DNA of 63,556 bases, filler included, from Psammoneis japonica (taxonomy: Eukaryota), in NCBI GenBank assembly GCA_008632985.1. It is 7 parts of 7 records of this genome, joined end to end, with 100 filler letters (N's around TTAATTAATTAA, not from the genome) between each part and the next. Parts side by side here need not be neighbours in the genome. Positions count along the whole stretch, not along the records: positions 9,714 to 19,447 come from QPGO01000532.1; positions 19,548 to 29,110 come from QPGO01000533.1; 5 more parts are not named here. The stretch is one strand, 5' to 3'. Below are positions 12,220 to 23,255 of this stretch, in pieces (the first letter of the stretch is position 1; each line of letters begins with the position of its first letter). A program made the position numbers and the translations under genes. Below the pieces are notes generated by a model. It was not told where the DNA came from and searched no databases. It saw only the letters and a program-made list of their open reading frames with translations.

Positions 12220-13512
12220 ATGAATAATCAGAATCAATCCAATAACAACAACGCCGCTGGAGCGCCTCCGCAACAACCCAATCCGTTCATGACACCACCC
12301 CGCCGCTCGAATGCAATTGCGATGGGCACGCCGGGTTCGGCCATGTCGAATTACCAGGCTCGCGTGATGATAAATCAACAAGCGGTCGATGGTTTGAATC
12401 AGTTGGCAGGCCAACTTTGCCAAACATTAGAAGTCGTCAGCACCACCCTCGCACCCGACGTCCGTGAACCCGAGTAAGCACCAAAATATCTCATATTTTC
12501 TTCTTTTTGCATCGTTCCTTGCCTTGCATCTAACTCATTTTGTGTTTTGTACCGTGTTTGGTGAAGATGGGGACACGTTCCGGATGTCGACGGGGTGCCG
12601 AACGATGTTGTTGTGCCGGTCGGCGGTGGCCAGAGCACCAGTGGTGCTCGAGCTCTGCTACTACCGCCCTCTGCTTCAGGCACTCCCAATGGTGTGGCGC
12701 CTGGTCATAGCGCCGGACCTTCTTCGACGCCTTCTGGTGGGTCTGCCACGAGTGGGGGCTCTGTTGTGGCGCCTCCTGTACCTTCCAGGAGTGCGCCTTC
12801 TGGCGGATCGTCGTCCACGCCTGCCACGCGTGGGGTGCCTGTTGTGGCGCCTCCTGCACCTTCCACGTCTGCCACCATTGGGGGGGCTGCTGTTGTGGCG
12901 CCTCCTGCACCTTCCAGGAGTGCGCCTTCAGGCGGATCGTCGTCCACGTCTGCCACGCGTGAGGCCCCTGTTGTGGCGCCTCCTGCACCTTCCACGTCTG
13001 CCACCATTGGGGGGGCTGCTGTTGTGGCGCCTCCTGCACCTTCCAGGAGTGCGCCTTCAGGCGGATCGTCGTCCACGTCTGCCACGCGTGAGGCCCCTGT
13101 TGTGGCGCCTCCTGCACCTTCCACGTCTGCCACCATTGGGGGGGCTGCTGTTGTGGCGCCTCCTGCACCTTCCAGGAGTGCGCCTTCAGGCGGATCGTCG
13201 TCCACGTCTGCCACGCGTGAGGCCCCTGTTGTGGCGCCTCCTGCACCTTCCACGTCTGCCACCATTGGGGGGGCTGCTGTTGTGGCGCCTCCTGCACCTT
13301 CCACGGCACGTTCTGGCGGAGCGCGCAGGGGCCCTACCATTGTTTTTGGTTCCCCCGACAACAGATCCCTGCCCCCCTTCAATTTCCGTTCGCCCAACAA
13401 CGGTGTCGCGCTGCCGCCCGTTTACACGACGCCTTCTGGTCAGACCACAAACTCCAGTGGCATGACCCCCGAATCCACTTCACCGATGGATTATTCTCCC
13501 ACCTATCCCTAG
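12220..13512 (+). CDS. Two-exon Pro/Ser/Ala/Gly-rich low-complexity repeat protein (intron 12474-12566)
   Basis: ATG at 12220, GTAAG donor at 12474, CTAAC branch site, AG acceptor at 12565-12566. Splicing keeps frame with ORF 12595-13512. Confidence 0.65.
12762..13306 (+). repeat. Coding minisatellite, 129-bp (43-aa) unit built from 51- and 78-bp subunits, ~4 copies
   Basis: VVAPPAPSTSATIGGAA-VVAPPAPSRSAPSGGSSSTSATREAP, with units starting at 12841, 12970, 13099 and 13228. Confidence 0.95.
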
Positions 13513-13795
13513 AGAGGAATCGAGCACGGCTCCTACTCTTTCTCTGTCGGCTGTACTACGGTGCTATACAACATTGGGGACATGTAGGCATTGTTGGGTG
13601 CAATGTGCAATTTTTTGTGTCGGTATTTTTGCAATAGCTGCGACACTACTACAGAACCATGAGAATAGACCCATTAGGGGTTTTGTGAAAAAGCTGATGA
13701 CGAATCATCACTGCTCAAGCGTGCCAGTTTTTGCAATAGCTGCGACACTGTAGAACAATAAGAATAGACCTATAGAGGTTTTGTGAAAAAAGCTA

Positions 13796-14069
13796 CCGTG
13801 ATTATCATAGAAAATCTGTGCCACAGATTTTGGTTCAAAATTAGTACAGATTTTCAAGGATTCCGGAGAAATAGATACAGATCCTCAAAAAGTATAGATT
13901 TGCACTGATTCTGCCAAAACTGGATTTGGGTTTTCTCAGATTTGAAGAACCCCTCCCCTGCTGGGGTACAGATCCCAGATTTCCGTTCAGAACAGGCACA
14001 GATTTTCTGAAGCCCTGAAAAATAGGTACAGATTCTGATTTTGGCACAGATTTTCTATGACAATCACGG
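13796..14069. mobile_element. 274-bp MITE, Tc1/mariner-pogo-like
   Basis: 28-bp TIR CCGTGATT(A/G)TCATAGAAAATCTGTGCCA, flanked by TA on the left and CA on the right. Many internal ACAGAT motifs. Confidence 0.8.
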
Positions 14070-14071
14070 CA

Positions 14072-17000
14072 CCACCAAGGAGCTCGTGCAGGGAGGTGAC
14101 GACACTGCGCTGCCCGCATTTGCTGCAGGCCTGCAATCGTGCTGCTCAGACGGGAGATGGAAGTGCCTCTTTCTTTAGTTTCTTCATCATGGGCCGAAAA
14201 CATGTCACACTCCTTGGCCCCTGTCAGCCATGTGGTTTCCATTTCAGCGAGAAGGCTTTCTTCAATCATTCCATTCCCTCTCATGTGCCTGATGAAATCT
14301 CCAAGGAGATCAATGGAGCAGATGCTTGCGACCCTTCCAATCTCGGTGAAGTGGGAATTGGTCTTTTGAAGTTCTACAGACACTTTGCGCCTGTCATGAG
14401 CCGAAACAGAGAATGGAAAACCTCCTGTCTCCACGGTGCTTCTGGCGACAAACTTCAACCTTCGAATCGCCCAGAACTCAGCAAACCGAGTGTTCAGCCT
14501 TGTGCTGACAACGACACGTTCGCCGTTTCCCGACAACCTCACTCCTTCCATGTGCCAATGCCAACTTGTGCTAAATTCAAAAGAACATGAAACAGCCACC
14601 TTGCCTTTGTCGCTTTTGCCAATGCCAGCTGCAGTTGGAGCATCAAGAGCAATCTTCTTAAACCCCCTGATCAGATCTGCACCCCCCTTGTTCTCATTCT
14701 TTGAATTGTCCAGCAAACAAATTGCAAATTTGAGGTGAGCAAGCTCATCCAGGGGAGTGCCTCAGGGAGCACACTGAAAGCCTGTGTCCCTTCTCCAAAC
14801 TTCCCTTGTGATGACAGCTCTCCCATGGCTGGAACTGGAATTTCCAGCAGAACAGTGCCAGGTGTGACTGTCTGTGCTGGTGGTGCAGGACTTGTGGGCC
14901 TCAACCTTGATCAAGATCACCACGTGCAATTGGCAGGAGGAGATTTGAAATCTTCAGAATTTTGGCAGGCAACAGCTGGTGCTCCCTGTTCTTCTGTTGT
15001 CACAAGAATGCTTTCCTCACAACATGATGAAATCTTGTTGCCAGCTCTGAGAATTGTTTGAACTTCTTTGCCAATGGTGGCATCAAGTTGCTTGAGGTCG
15101 TTGCTTGCTGGCACTTCCCAGCAAGCAACAAATCACGGGTCGGCTGCATGCAATGTCATGCAAACCCTTTTCCAAATGGGTGGAATGTTGACCATGTTGT
15201 TTGTTTTTGGCACACCATCCCATCCAAGTTGAAGTCCGATGAGCAGCTGCAAGTGTGCTCAAGCTCTGGTCTCACCCCATCACAAGCAAGTGTTGCTGTC
15301 AACAGTTGGGTGCTGATTTGAACCTGCTCCAGCTTTGTCATTCAAACAGCTTGTTGGAAATGCTTTGTGTTTCCCATGCAAAAAGGCAGCGAACATTGAA
15401 TCAATTGGGATTGCATGCTCTCAAAATCCGTGCATTTGTGCCCAGTGGACTCAGAGTCTGAGTCCACTCAGAGCCCAAAAACCTTTTCCTCTGAGCTTTC
15501 AACATGTTTGCAAGTTGTTTGCTGACAGACAAAGTGTCTGTGGCCTTCATTTCCAGCAAACAGGCATCTTGGTCAACTGACGAGGCATGTGGGTGTTTGC
15601 AGACATTTGCACCATGACTCCCGCCACAACCATCATCTCTTTTTTCTTGTTTTCTTTTGTCTTGCCGCTGGCTCAAATGGCAAAAAGAAAAAAGAACACA
15701 AGGATGCAGCATGACATCCTGGCTCATGCAGATTTGCACCTGTCCCGTTTGTCACTGTGAGCTGGAAACAAACGTCCAACTCTGAACGCCGGTCACAAAG
15801 AATGTGCGCACCTCCATTGTAAGAAACCATTTGCTCAACATGAACTCAAACACACAAGCCCAAGGCTGTTCAAGCAATTGGTGCCACTGGACCTGGAGCC
15901 AACCCACATGGAACAATGAGGTTTTGTGGGGACACCAAGACAGGATGGATGACATTGGTGGATCCCAAAAGTTCAATGTCTTTTGGTGCCGGAACCCAGC
16001 AAGTGCCCCTTGTCATTGACACACATCACGAGTGTCTTAGAGCTGAAACTCTTTGTGTTCACAGTTCTTTTGCAGTGCTCATGCGGACATCATTGTGGAA
16101 GAATCGAACACCATTTTGCCATTGAAGGGTTCTGGGTGACTGCAATGAAGTCAATGAGAATCTCATGACAAGAGTGGCAGTGAATTGCCAAGAGGATTTC
16201 AGCTGTCAAGATTCCAAGATGCAAAAGGTCATGGAAACAGCAACAGAGTTGGATGACAACAATGATGCTTCTTCACAAGAACCCAGATCACAGTCATCAA
16301 CTTGTGTGTTGGAAATCAATGAAGAGTTCTGCAAGCTGTTTGCTCACAGCCAAAGCACCAGCTGACACTGTCATGGAGTGGATGAGCAGCTGTCAGATTC
16401 AGAAAAAATCCTGTCAAAAAATTGTGCTTGCCGTTGGTTCCAACCAATGCAGCTGATCCAAGTTGGTGCCTTTGTCAGCCCAAGCTCATGAGATGAGTTC
16501 TTGTGATGCTCATTTTCCAGCTGGCTAGATTTGCACTCCTGTGGACATGACGCTTTGCAGCTGGGCAGTCTTTGCAGGAGCATTTGTTGACATGTCATCA
16601 TTTGTGCAGAAAAAAGAGTGATTTGATTTGCCAAATCATTGTTGCTCATGGACCACCACAAGCTGTTGGTTGTGCAACAGTTTTTGCTTTCAAAGAAAAA
16701 GCTCCCTGTCAACATTTTTGTTGAAAAGAATCATGCCTCATGCCCTTGACTGAATCAATTCTCCATCAAAAGGAAGCAACAGTGTGAAAACAAACAGAAG
16801 ACAATGTTCAAGACATTGAAGCTTTGGCATTCCAATGGAATGGCAGTTTGACAAGATTGGGGAAAGAGTGCAAGTGGGACAGATCACTCTTGAGAGAGAG
16901 TGGGTTGAAAAGTGTCAGCGGGAATTCTCAGCAAAGTTGTGCATTCCTGAATGAATCTCAGTCACTCGTGGATGTTTTTCAGAAGGAAGCAGCCAACCAA

Positions 17001-19447
17001 GTGCTTTTGAAACTTGGGCAGCAAGAGGAGCAATTCTTGATCGTGGAGTTCAATGATGATGCAACAAAACAAAGAATCACACACGGTCGCATTGTCAGCT
17101 TGCAAAAGAATGTCTCATTCTCTGGGACGGGTTCTAATCAAGAGCAAGAACAAAAGAGGATGAGCATCCAGATGAAATTGCCTTTAAATTGAAAGCTCAC
17201 CTTGAAAAAGCAATGGATGCATGGTTTCGTCTCGGGTTGACAAACAAATTGTCGATCCACGGCCTTGGCGTGCACGGCAGTGACGACTTTGAATTTTGGA
17301 GTGGTCTTCACAAATGAAATGATGAAGAACTCATGGAGCAGGTGCATCATTGTGAGACAATGGATGCATTGTGCACTCAGGGATTTCACTCTCTCTCACT
17401 CTAAGCAGCTGAAATTCAACGCTTTCACATGTTCAGTGCAAGCAGCCAGAGTCACACGGAGGAGGTCAACGAAAGTTGAAAACGCAAGTTCAAAAGTGAT
17501 CGAGCTGAAGTGGGTGCGGCAGCCCGAGTTGAAAGGGAAAAAGCTTGGAATCACATCTTTGAGGCCTGCAAAACAGGGAAACCAGTTCTTGAAGATCCCT
17601 TGGTGGTGCTGACCAAGGGAACCTCAGCATGGTCCACATCCAAGCAATGACAATCATTCGTGCATGAAAATTTAAGCAAACAACATGTGTGAGGAAGACG
17701 TGACCGCAATGACGTCATTGAACTGCACTGTCATTGCTCAAAATCAGTTCAAAGCTCACGAATTCAAACTGCAACAATGGACAAGAACAGCGCGACTCTT
17801 TGACAGCCACATCGTTGACACAGAAAAAAAGAAATCTTTTGATGTCTTTCTTCAACTTGCCCCAACTTGTGTTTTCTTGTGCATCTCTCATTTCTTGACA
17901 ATTGCTCACTTCTTTCCTTGGAACAAACACCACACATGAGACACTGGCATTGCTGTCTTGGACAGGCCATTGTGTGGTCATTTGCCCTTGGAAGCCAGCA
18001 CCGCAAACGGAATCATTCGTGGCACATCGTTCATGGTGTTGCGCAACGTTGCTTGCATTGTGCATTGAGTGCATGCATGTGCTCGTTCCTCGTTGAGAGC
18101 ACAACGCACTGAAACAAACAAAGTTGAATCAGTGCGACGAAAATGCGTGCCATTCTATGCACGTGGCCAACATGCCAAGAATCGGGATGCTGAATGCGCG
18201 AAATGCACGTGAGCTCGAAGGAGAATCCGACACCGCGCCGCAAGCCACAAGAGCAAGCGACAACAATGCCAAAGCTTTGATCGACTGTCGCATTGTTGTT
18301 CGTTGTTTTCTTTGTCTTTGTCATTGTTGTCTTTGTCATGGACGCGGCGCCTTTGTTGGACTTTGGCGGTGAAGGAGATGAGACTCCCGAACGAGAGTGC
18401 ATGCAACGCTTGTTCCAAAGGATTGCGGTTCAAAACGAGCAGGAAATGGAGAAACTTGAAGAACCATTGCGGTCGCTGGTGCGACTGGTGCATCAGGCAA
18501 GGACACATTTTCTTTCAGCTCTGCACTCCCCATGGATGGAGAATTGAAACCGAAAAAAAGAGAATCAACTCACGTGCGCTGATTGCCTTTTGCTCAAAGC
18601 AAAAATGGGTCGAGGCAAAGGAGTGCATCCTGTTGCACCCACAAGCAATGCATGAGATCACAACTTTGTTTGCTGGCAGATCTGTCACTCACATGGCCTG
18701 CAGCAATTTGGCTGATGTTGAAGAATTCAATGAAGCAGCTCGTGTTCAAAAACTCAACCAAGATGATAAAACGGAACGTCAAACATGTGACTTTGTGCAG
18801 TCATTGTTTGATGCAGCTTTCAGTTCCGACGATTTAGATTCACCCTCGAAACGGGCACTCGCACAATCAATGTTGTTTTGTCGCGATTGCAAAGGATGCA
18901 CGCTGCTGCAAAGCCGCGTCATCTACAACTTCTGGAGTGCGACTGATCCAGCGCCGCCAGCAAAGATTCTTCTGGAGTCGGCTGGAAATGCCTCTCCCAC
19001 AACTCCGTGCGAATTGGTCACCGCTGCATGCGAGAGAGGCGGACAGTGTTGCACATTGCATCAGGGGGGGAGTTCCCGCACCAGATTTTTGAGCTTCTAA
19101 TGGCTTGTTGCGGAGGCGCTCCGTCAGAGAACCCACTTTAATTCTAGATGGAGATGGTCAATCCATTCTAGACCTTGCGGTTGTCAATGCTCTGTCGGGA
19201 AGGCGTTGGAATGGGATGTTGGAACAAGGTTTCGGAGGACTTGTGCATCAAAATGATGAGGGTTTGTTTCCAATTGACAGAGTGGTTCAGGTTGCTCATC
19301 GTTTTGAGAGACCGGGAGAGCACATCTGTGAAATTGTTTTTCTCATGTTGCGAGCTCACTTTGGAAAAGTCGAAGCAGCATCTGAAGACTGGTTTCCACT
19401 TCATGCTCTGGCGCAGGCACCCTTTTGTTGCCCGTGCGTGTCAAAGA
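14072..19447. mobile_element. TpA-depleted block of decayed coding sequence (unclassified element or silenced genes)
   Basis: TA is nearly absent. Fragmented, protein-like, Tyr-poor ORFs on both strands. Confidence 0.55.
18540..19447 (+). pseudogene. Ankyrin-repeat-like gene remnant
   Basis: Ankyrin-like motifs RSVTHMAC, DCKGCTLLQ, DGDGQSILDLAV, GLFPID and WFPLHAL, spread over frameshifted ORFs 18303-19100 and 19105-19447. Confidence 0.45.
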
Positions 19448-19547
19448 NNNNNNNNNNNNNNNNNNNNNNNNNNNNNNNNNNNNNNNNNNNNTTAATTAAT
19501 TAANNNNNNNNNNNNNNNNNNNNNNNNNNNNNNNNNNNNNNNNNNNN
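19448..19547. other. Artificial scaffold linker
   Basis: N44-TTAATTAATTAA-N44. Confidence 0.98.
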
Positions 19548-20273
19548 ATATAATCGCGGTGGATTGCGATCAACCTCTCTTTTCATTGGACTTTATTGCG
19601 GATGGATCTCGGTATACCTTGGAAAAGGAGATTTGATTATGCGAGTGGAGTCGAGGGCGAGAAGAAGTTTGTTTGTTGCGCGTTCAAGGAGACGACGGGA
19701 TTCCGGTAAGAGCACGCTTGCTCAGTGTGGCGGCTTCCTCCTTATTATTCATTGCTTACATCTCACTTTATGGTTTTTGTTAGGGATGGGTGCTGGTGAT
19801 CCCTTTCTGATTAAGTATTACGCTGCATTCGACTTTGGTAATAAACGTGTGGGATTTGCACGCGCCTCTCAACACAGTACCGATTCGTGTCCGGATGACT
19901 TTGAATTGAGTATCGGAAACTCAAACCAGCAAACACCGCCATCACTACAGCCACAGGATAGCAACCCTCTATGCCATCGCAACAAGAAGAGAAAGAGAGT
20001 ACTTCAGATCATGTCTACGTTCCACCTGAATCAAGTCACCATAAGTCCTCTGATGAAGATGATTCCTTGTGGAGCGCAGCACACAAATTTGTAGTCGGTT
20101 TTGTTATCGTGGCAATATTTTCTATTTTCATTACAATTCGAGTTCGTAAACGACAACGAGAACGACTCATGATTCAGTTTGCAGAACTGGCTGGAGACGT
20201 GGAGTTGTCGGAAACAACAACAGAGCATCAATTTACGATTGACGATGAAGCCGTGCCACCCAGTATAATATAA
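19548..20273 (+). CDS. 3' part of a pepsin-family (A1) aspartic protease with a C-terminal TM anchor
   Basis: GDPFLIKYYAAFDFGNKRVGFA is the typical A1 C-terminal motif. Intron at ~19706-19783 (GTAAG..TTAG). TM segment FVVGFVIVAIFSIFITI followed by RKRQR. Several single-base indels. Confidence 0.8.
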
Positions 20274-20514
20274 GCATAACATACATTATCATCCAGCTAG
20301 AGAGGTAGGTAAGGGTAATAATGAATAATGCGCTATTAATCTAGTCTCGTTAGACTGCTCTGCCAAGATAAGGAGGAGATGCTGATGGCATAGCTCGAAC
20401 TGCGAAGCAGAGCAAACACGCATGAAATCCCTATCCTTTTTGCTTTGCTGCTCCCTAATCACACGCTCGCGAGAATTAACAATGCAAGTAAGGGTATCGT
20501 TGTCAGAGCATCGA

Positions 20515-22980
20515 TCAAGAAGGTGCTTCTTCTTCTCCCTCTACAAGAAGAGTTGCCGTATCATTTTGCCTTGCGCAATTGGTGCAATTGCTATACGGTT
20601 GTTCAAAGTATGACGTAATGTTGCGAAGACATGGTCCACCAGAAATGTTGGTTCCATTCAAAAAGATCTCATTATACCGTTTCGAACAGACAGACAATGG
20701 AACGGATCCAGTCACATTCTTGGAGTTCATCAACCAGAGCAAACAGCCAACTCGATTGAATAGGGAGCCACCAGAAAAGCATGACAGATGGCCTACAACA
20801 TTAGGCAACGTACCCGTCAGCTGCATGCGTTCCAGAAAGGCATACCGGGTATTGCGAGGAAGAGACAGATGCCCCGAAATGGACGCAGCCGAGGAAGACC
20901 ACGGAGAAAGAGCAATCGTGTGTACTCTTGGCAACGCCTTTTCCAAATTAAAAAGCTTACCATGAATAAAATTCGACGAAAGGTCGATTATCTGCAACGA
21001 AGTTCCGAGAGCTCTAAATGCATCTTCAAGAAATGTGATATCCCCGCTCAAATTGTTGGACGCCAAAAGTAGAGCCGTAATGCCGTAGTTAGCTCCAGAT
21101 CCTGCATCGGGGAGCATTTGGTCCACTATAGGCTGGCAAGTAACACCATACCATTCACAAGCATTGTTGCTGTCGGTGATGCTGTCAGCACCGACCCATC
21201 CTTTGCTGTGTAGCCAGGACGGACCTCCCAGTGTGTCGTAGATTTGTCGGAGCGCGGCAACTTGCTCCCAAGGTACACTGGATGGTTGGATATCCAAACC
21301 TCCATGGATTTCATTGTCGGATACGACAATTGTTCCGACTGGTAACTCCCGCAAGCGTTGATTTCGCAGACATGAAACGTCCGTCTTCACGTTCGTTGTT
21401 CTCTTGTCAGTATTCGGTTGTTGCACGGCTAGGTCGTCGCTATCCTCCTTGAAATCATCTGGTTTTTTGGGCTTCGCCAGAGTGACCCGATGAGCTACTT
21501 GTCGCGTTGCGGAATGTACAGATTCAATCGTAAGAATCTCGTCAGTCTTGGTGGCAGGCCCAACCGACAGCGTAGCATGACCAAACATGTACGAGCGCCA
21601 AAGTGTCCATTCCCGACTGTCCTCAAAGTACGATGTGGATTCGTAATTGGAGGGATTACCAGCCACCACGTAGACGGGTTTGCTCGCATTGTAAATATAC
21701 GAAGCATTGTGAACAGCGCTATAGTCGGATTGGTTGAACGAGACGGGCGTGGTCAGTTCCATATTGTGAACGTGTCCAGCAAAAACCGCATCCACCTGAT
21801 ACTTGTGGAACACTTCCTCAAAGGCATCAAAAGGCTTGGAATCCTTTTCTGGATCACCCCAAGAAGAGTAGGACGGACGATGATAATGAACAACAATCCA
21901 AGGATACAATCGTCGCATCGTCGGAGAAGTGGCTTTTCTCAAATCTTGAACGAGCCATTGCATCATTCTAACTTTCATTTCGGGAGGTAAGGACGGCCAA
22001 TACCCCAAAAGTTCCGAGGATAGCGCAATCAAATGCATACCACCGCCCGTAGCACCCTTGCGATTGCTGTTGCTTTCGTTGCCGCCTATATTGATGGAGT
22101 ACCAGTGATTTTTGCAAAAGTGTTCTTGACCTGGGTTGCAAGGCATGAAGAAGCGATTGTGATAGTCGGAGAAGTTATTGTAGGCTTCCCCATTGCCCGG
22201 CGAAACCAAGAGTGGAACAATCCTTGTAGTGTCTGCCTTTCCAGTAGTACCCATGCTGGTGGTCATGTCTGACAAGTTTTGCATAAACCAAAGCGTATTT
22301 TGACGGTGATGGGTGACGTTTGTGTCGGATGTTTCTTGTCCCCAATAATAGACCATGTCTCCAAAGAGTGCAATGGCATCCATATCACCTTGATCCAATT
22401 GCGCTCTTGTTAAATGATAGATTTGATTGTTGGACCATCCCAAATCACCAAACATGCTCAGCCGAGGACATGTCGTGGATAGTAGATTGGTGGCTTGAAA
22501 GATTTTCTGACATGGTGCTGTGTCTAAATGGATCTTTTCACTATGAAAAGTAGAAGTGTCGAAGTGGTCGTAGAGTAGCCGAAAGTAAATTTGTGATTTC
22601 CCTTGAAACGGTAGGGTAGTATTGTGGAGGATGGTGACGGCCGTAGAGTTCTCGTCATTGATTTCTGGAGACACGAAGGACGTGGCGTCACTCTGAAAGG
22701 TCAGCTCTTGTTCCTTGTAACCCCACTGAACTCCAGCCCATGCTTTCGAAGAAAAGAGGCGGAAAGAAACATTACCGCTATCATGTAAATGGATTATAGT
22801 ATTCCAGCTCACCACAAGACCATCGTCGCCACCACCGACAGGACTCTTCGCGGCAGGTGCTGTCAACAAATTCCGGCAGAGGTGGTACTCGTTGCTTTGA
22901 TTTTTGATTCGAGCAAAAACAAACGAGACCGCAAACACCACCAGCAACAGTGAACAGAACTTGCAAGATTTAAACAGCAT
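20515..22980 (-). CDS. Secreted purple acid phosphatase-like metallophosphoesterase fused to a C-terminal LRR domain
   Basis: 821-aa ORF with a signal peptide. PAP blocks GDLG, GDMVY, GNGE, VHYH and GHVH. LRR N-cap (ALRQIYDTLGGPSW..CEWYGVTC) followed by LxxNxLSG-type repeats. Confidence 0.88.
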   Translation of the reverse strand: MLFKSCKFCSLLLVVFAVSFVFARIKNQSNEYHLCRNLLTAPAAKSPVGGGDDGLVVSWNTIIHLHDSGNVSFRLFSSKAWAGVQWGYKEQELTFQSDATSFVSPEINDENSTAVTILHNTTLPFQGKSQIYFRLLYDHFDTSTFHSEKIHLDTAPCQKIFQATNLLSTTCPRLSMFGDLGWSNNQIYHLTRAQLDQGDMDAIALFGDMVYYWGQETSDTNVTHHRQNTLWFMQNLSDMTTSMGTTGKADTTRIVPLLVSPGNGEAYNNFSDYHNRFFMPCNPGQEHFCKNHWYSINIGGNESNSNRKGATGGGMHLIALSSELLGYWPSLPPEMKVRMMQWLVQDLRKATSPTMRRLYPWIVVHYHRPSYSSWGDPEKDSKPFDAFEEVFHKYQVDAVFAGHVHNMELTTPVSFNQSDYSAVHNASYIYNASKPVYVVAGNPSNYESTSYFEDSREWTLWRSYMFGHATLSVGPATKTDEILTIESVHSATRQVAHRVTLAKPKKPDDFKEDSDDLAVQQPNTDKRTTNVKTDVSCLRNQRLRELPVGTIVVSDNEIHGGLDIQPSSVPWEQVAALRQIYDTLGGPSWLHSKGWVGADSITDSNNACEWYGVTCQPIVDQMLPDAGSGANYGITALLLASNNLSGDITFLEDAFRALGTSLQIIDLSSNFIHGKLFNLEKALPRVHTIALSPWSSSAASISGHLSLPRNTRYAFLERMQLTGTLPNVVGHLSCFSGGSLFNRVGCLLWLMNSKNVTGSVPLSVCSKRYNEIFLNGTNISGGPCLRNITSYFEQPYSNCTNCARQNDTATLLVEGEEEAPS

Positions 22981-23255
22981 TTATACAGTGTCGCTCTCCA
23001 TCAGCAATAATCTCATGCTGCAATAAAGCAACGATACGGTGAGGATTATGGGTTTGGGATTTTTTTGCCGCAGTAGATTGGAGGCGCCTGTGCTGCCAGT
23101 TCAGTCGTGACTGTAAATTACGCGTAGAATTGTACGGTAACGACAACACGACTCAAATTGGCGGAAGACGACCATCTTTGTTTGAAAAAGGCCGACAAAG
23201 CAACAACACAGACAAACGCAGAGAGCAGCGCAATAAGCGCCTCACTGTTTTGACC

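Noticed and set aside
12464..13465. Alternative-frame and antisense ORFs over the 129-bp repeat, or a CRISPR-like array
   Set aside because: These are shadow frames of a GC-rich coding minisatellite. There are no unique spacers and no cas genes.
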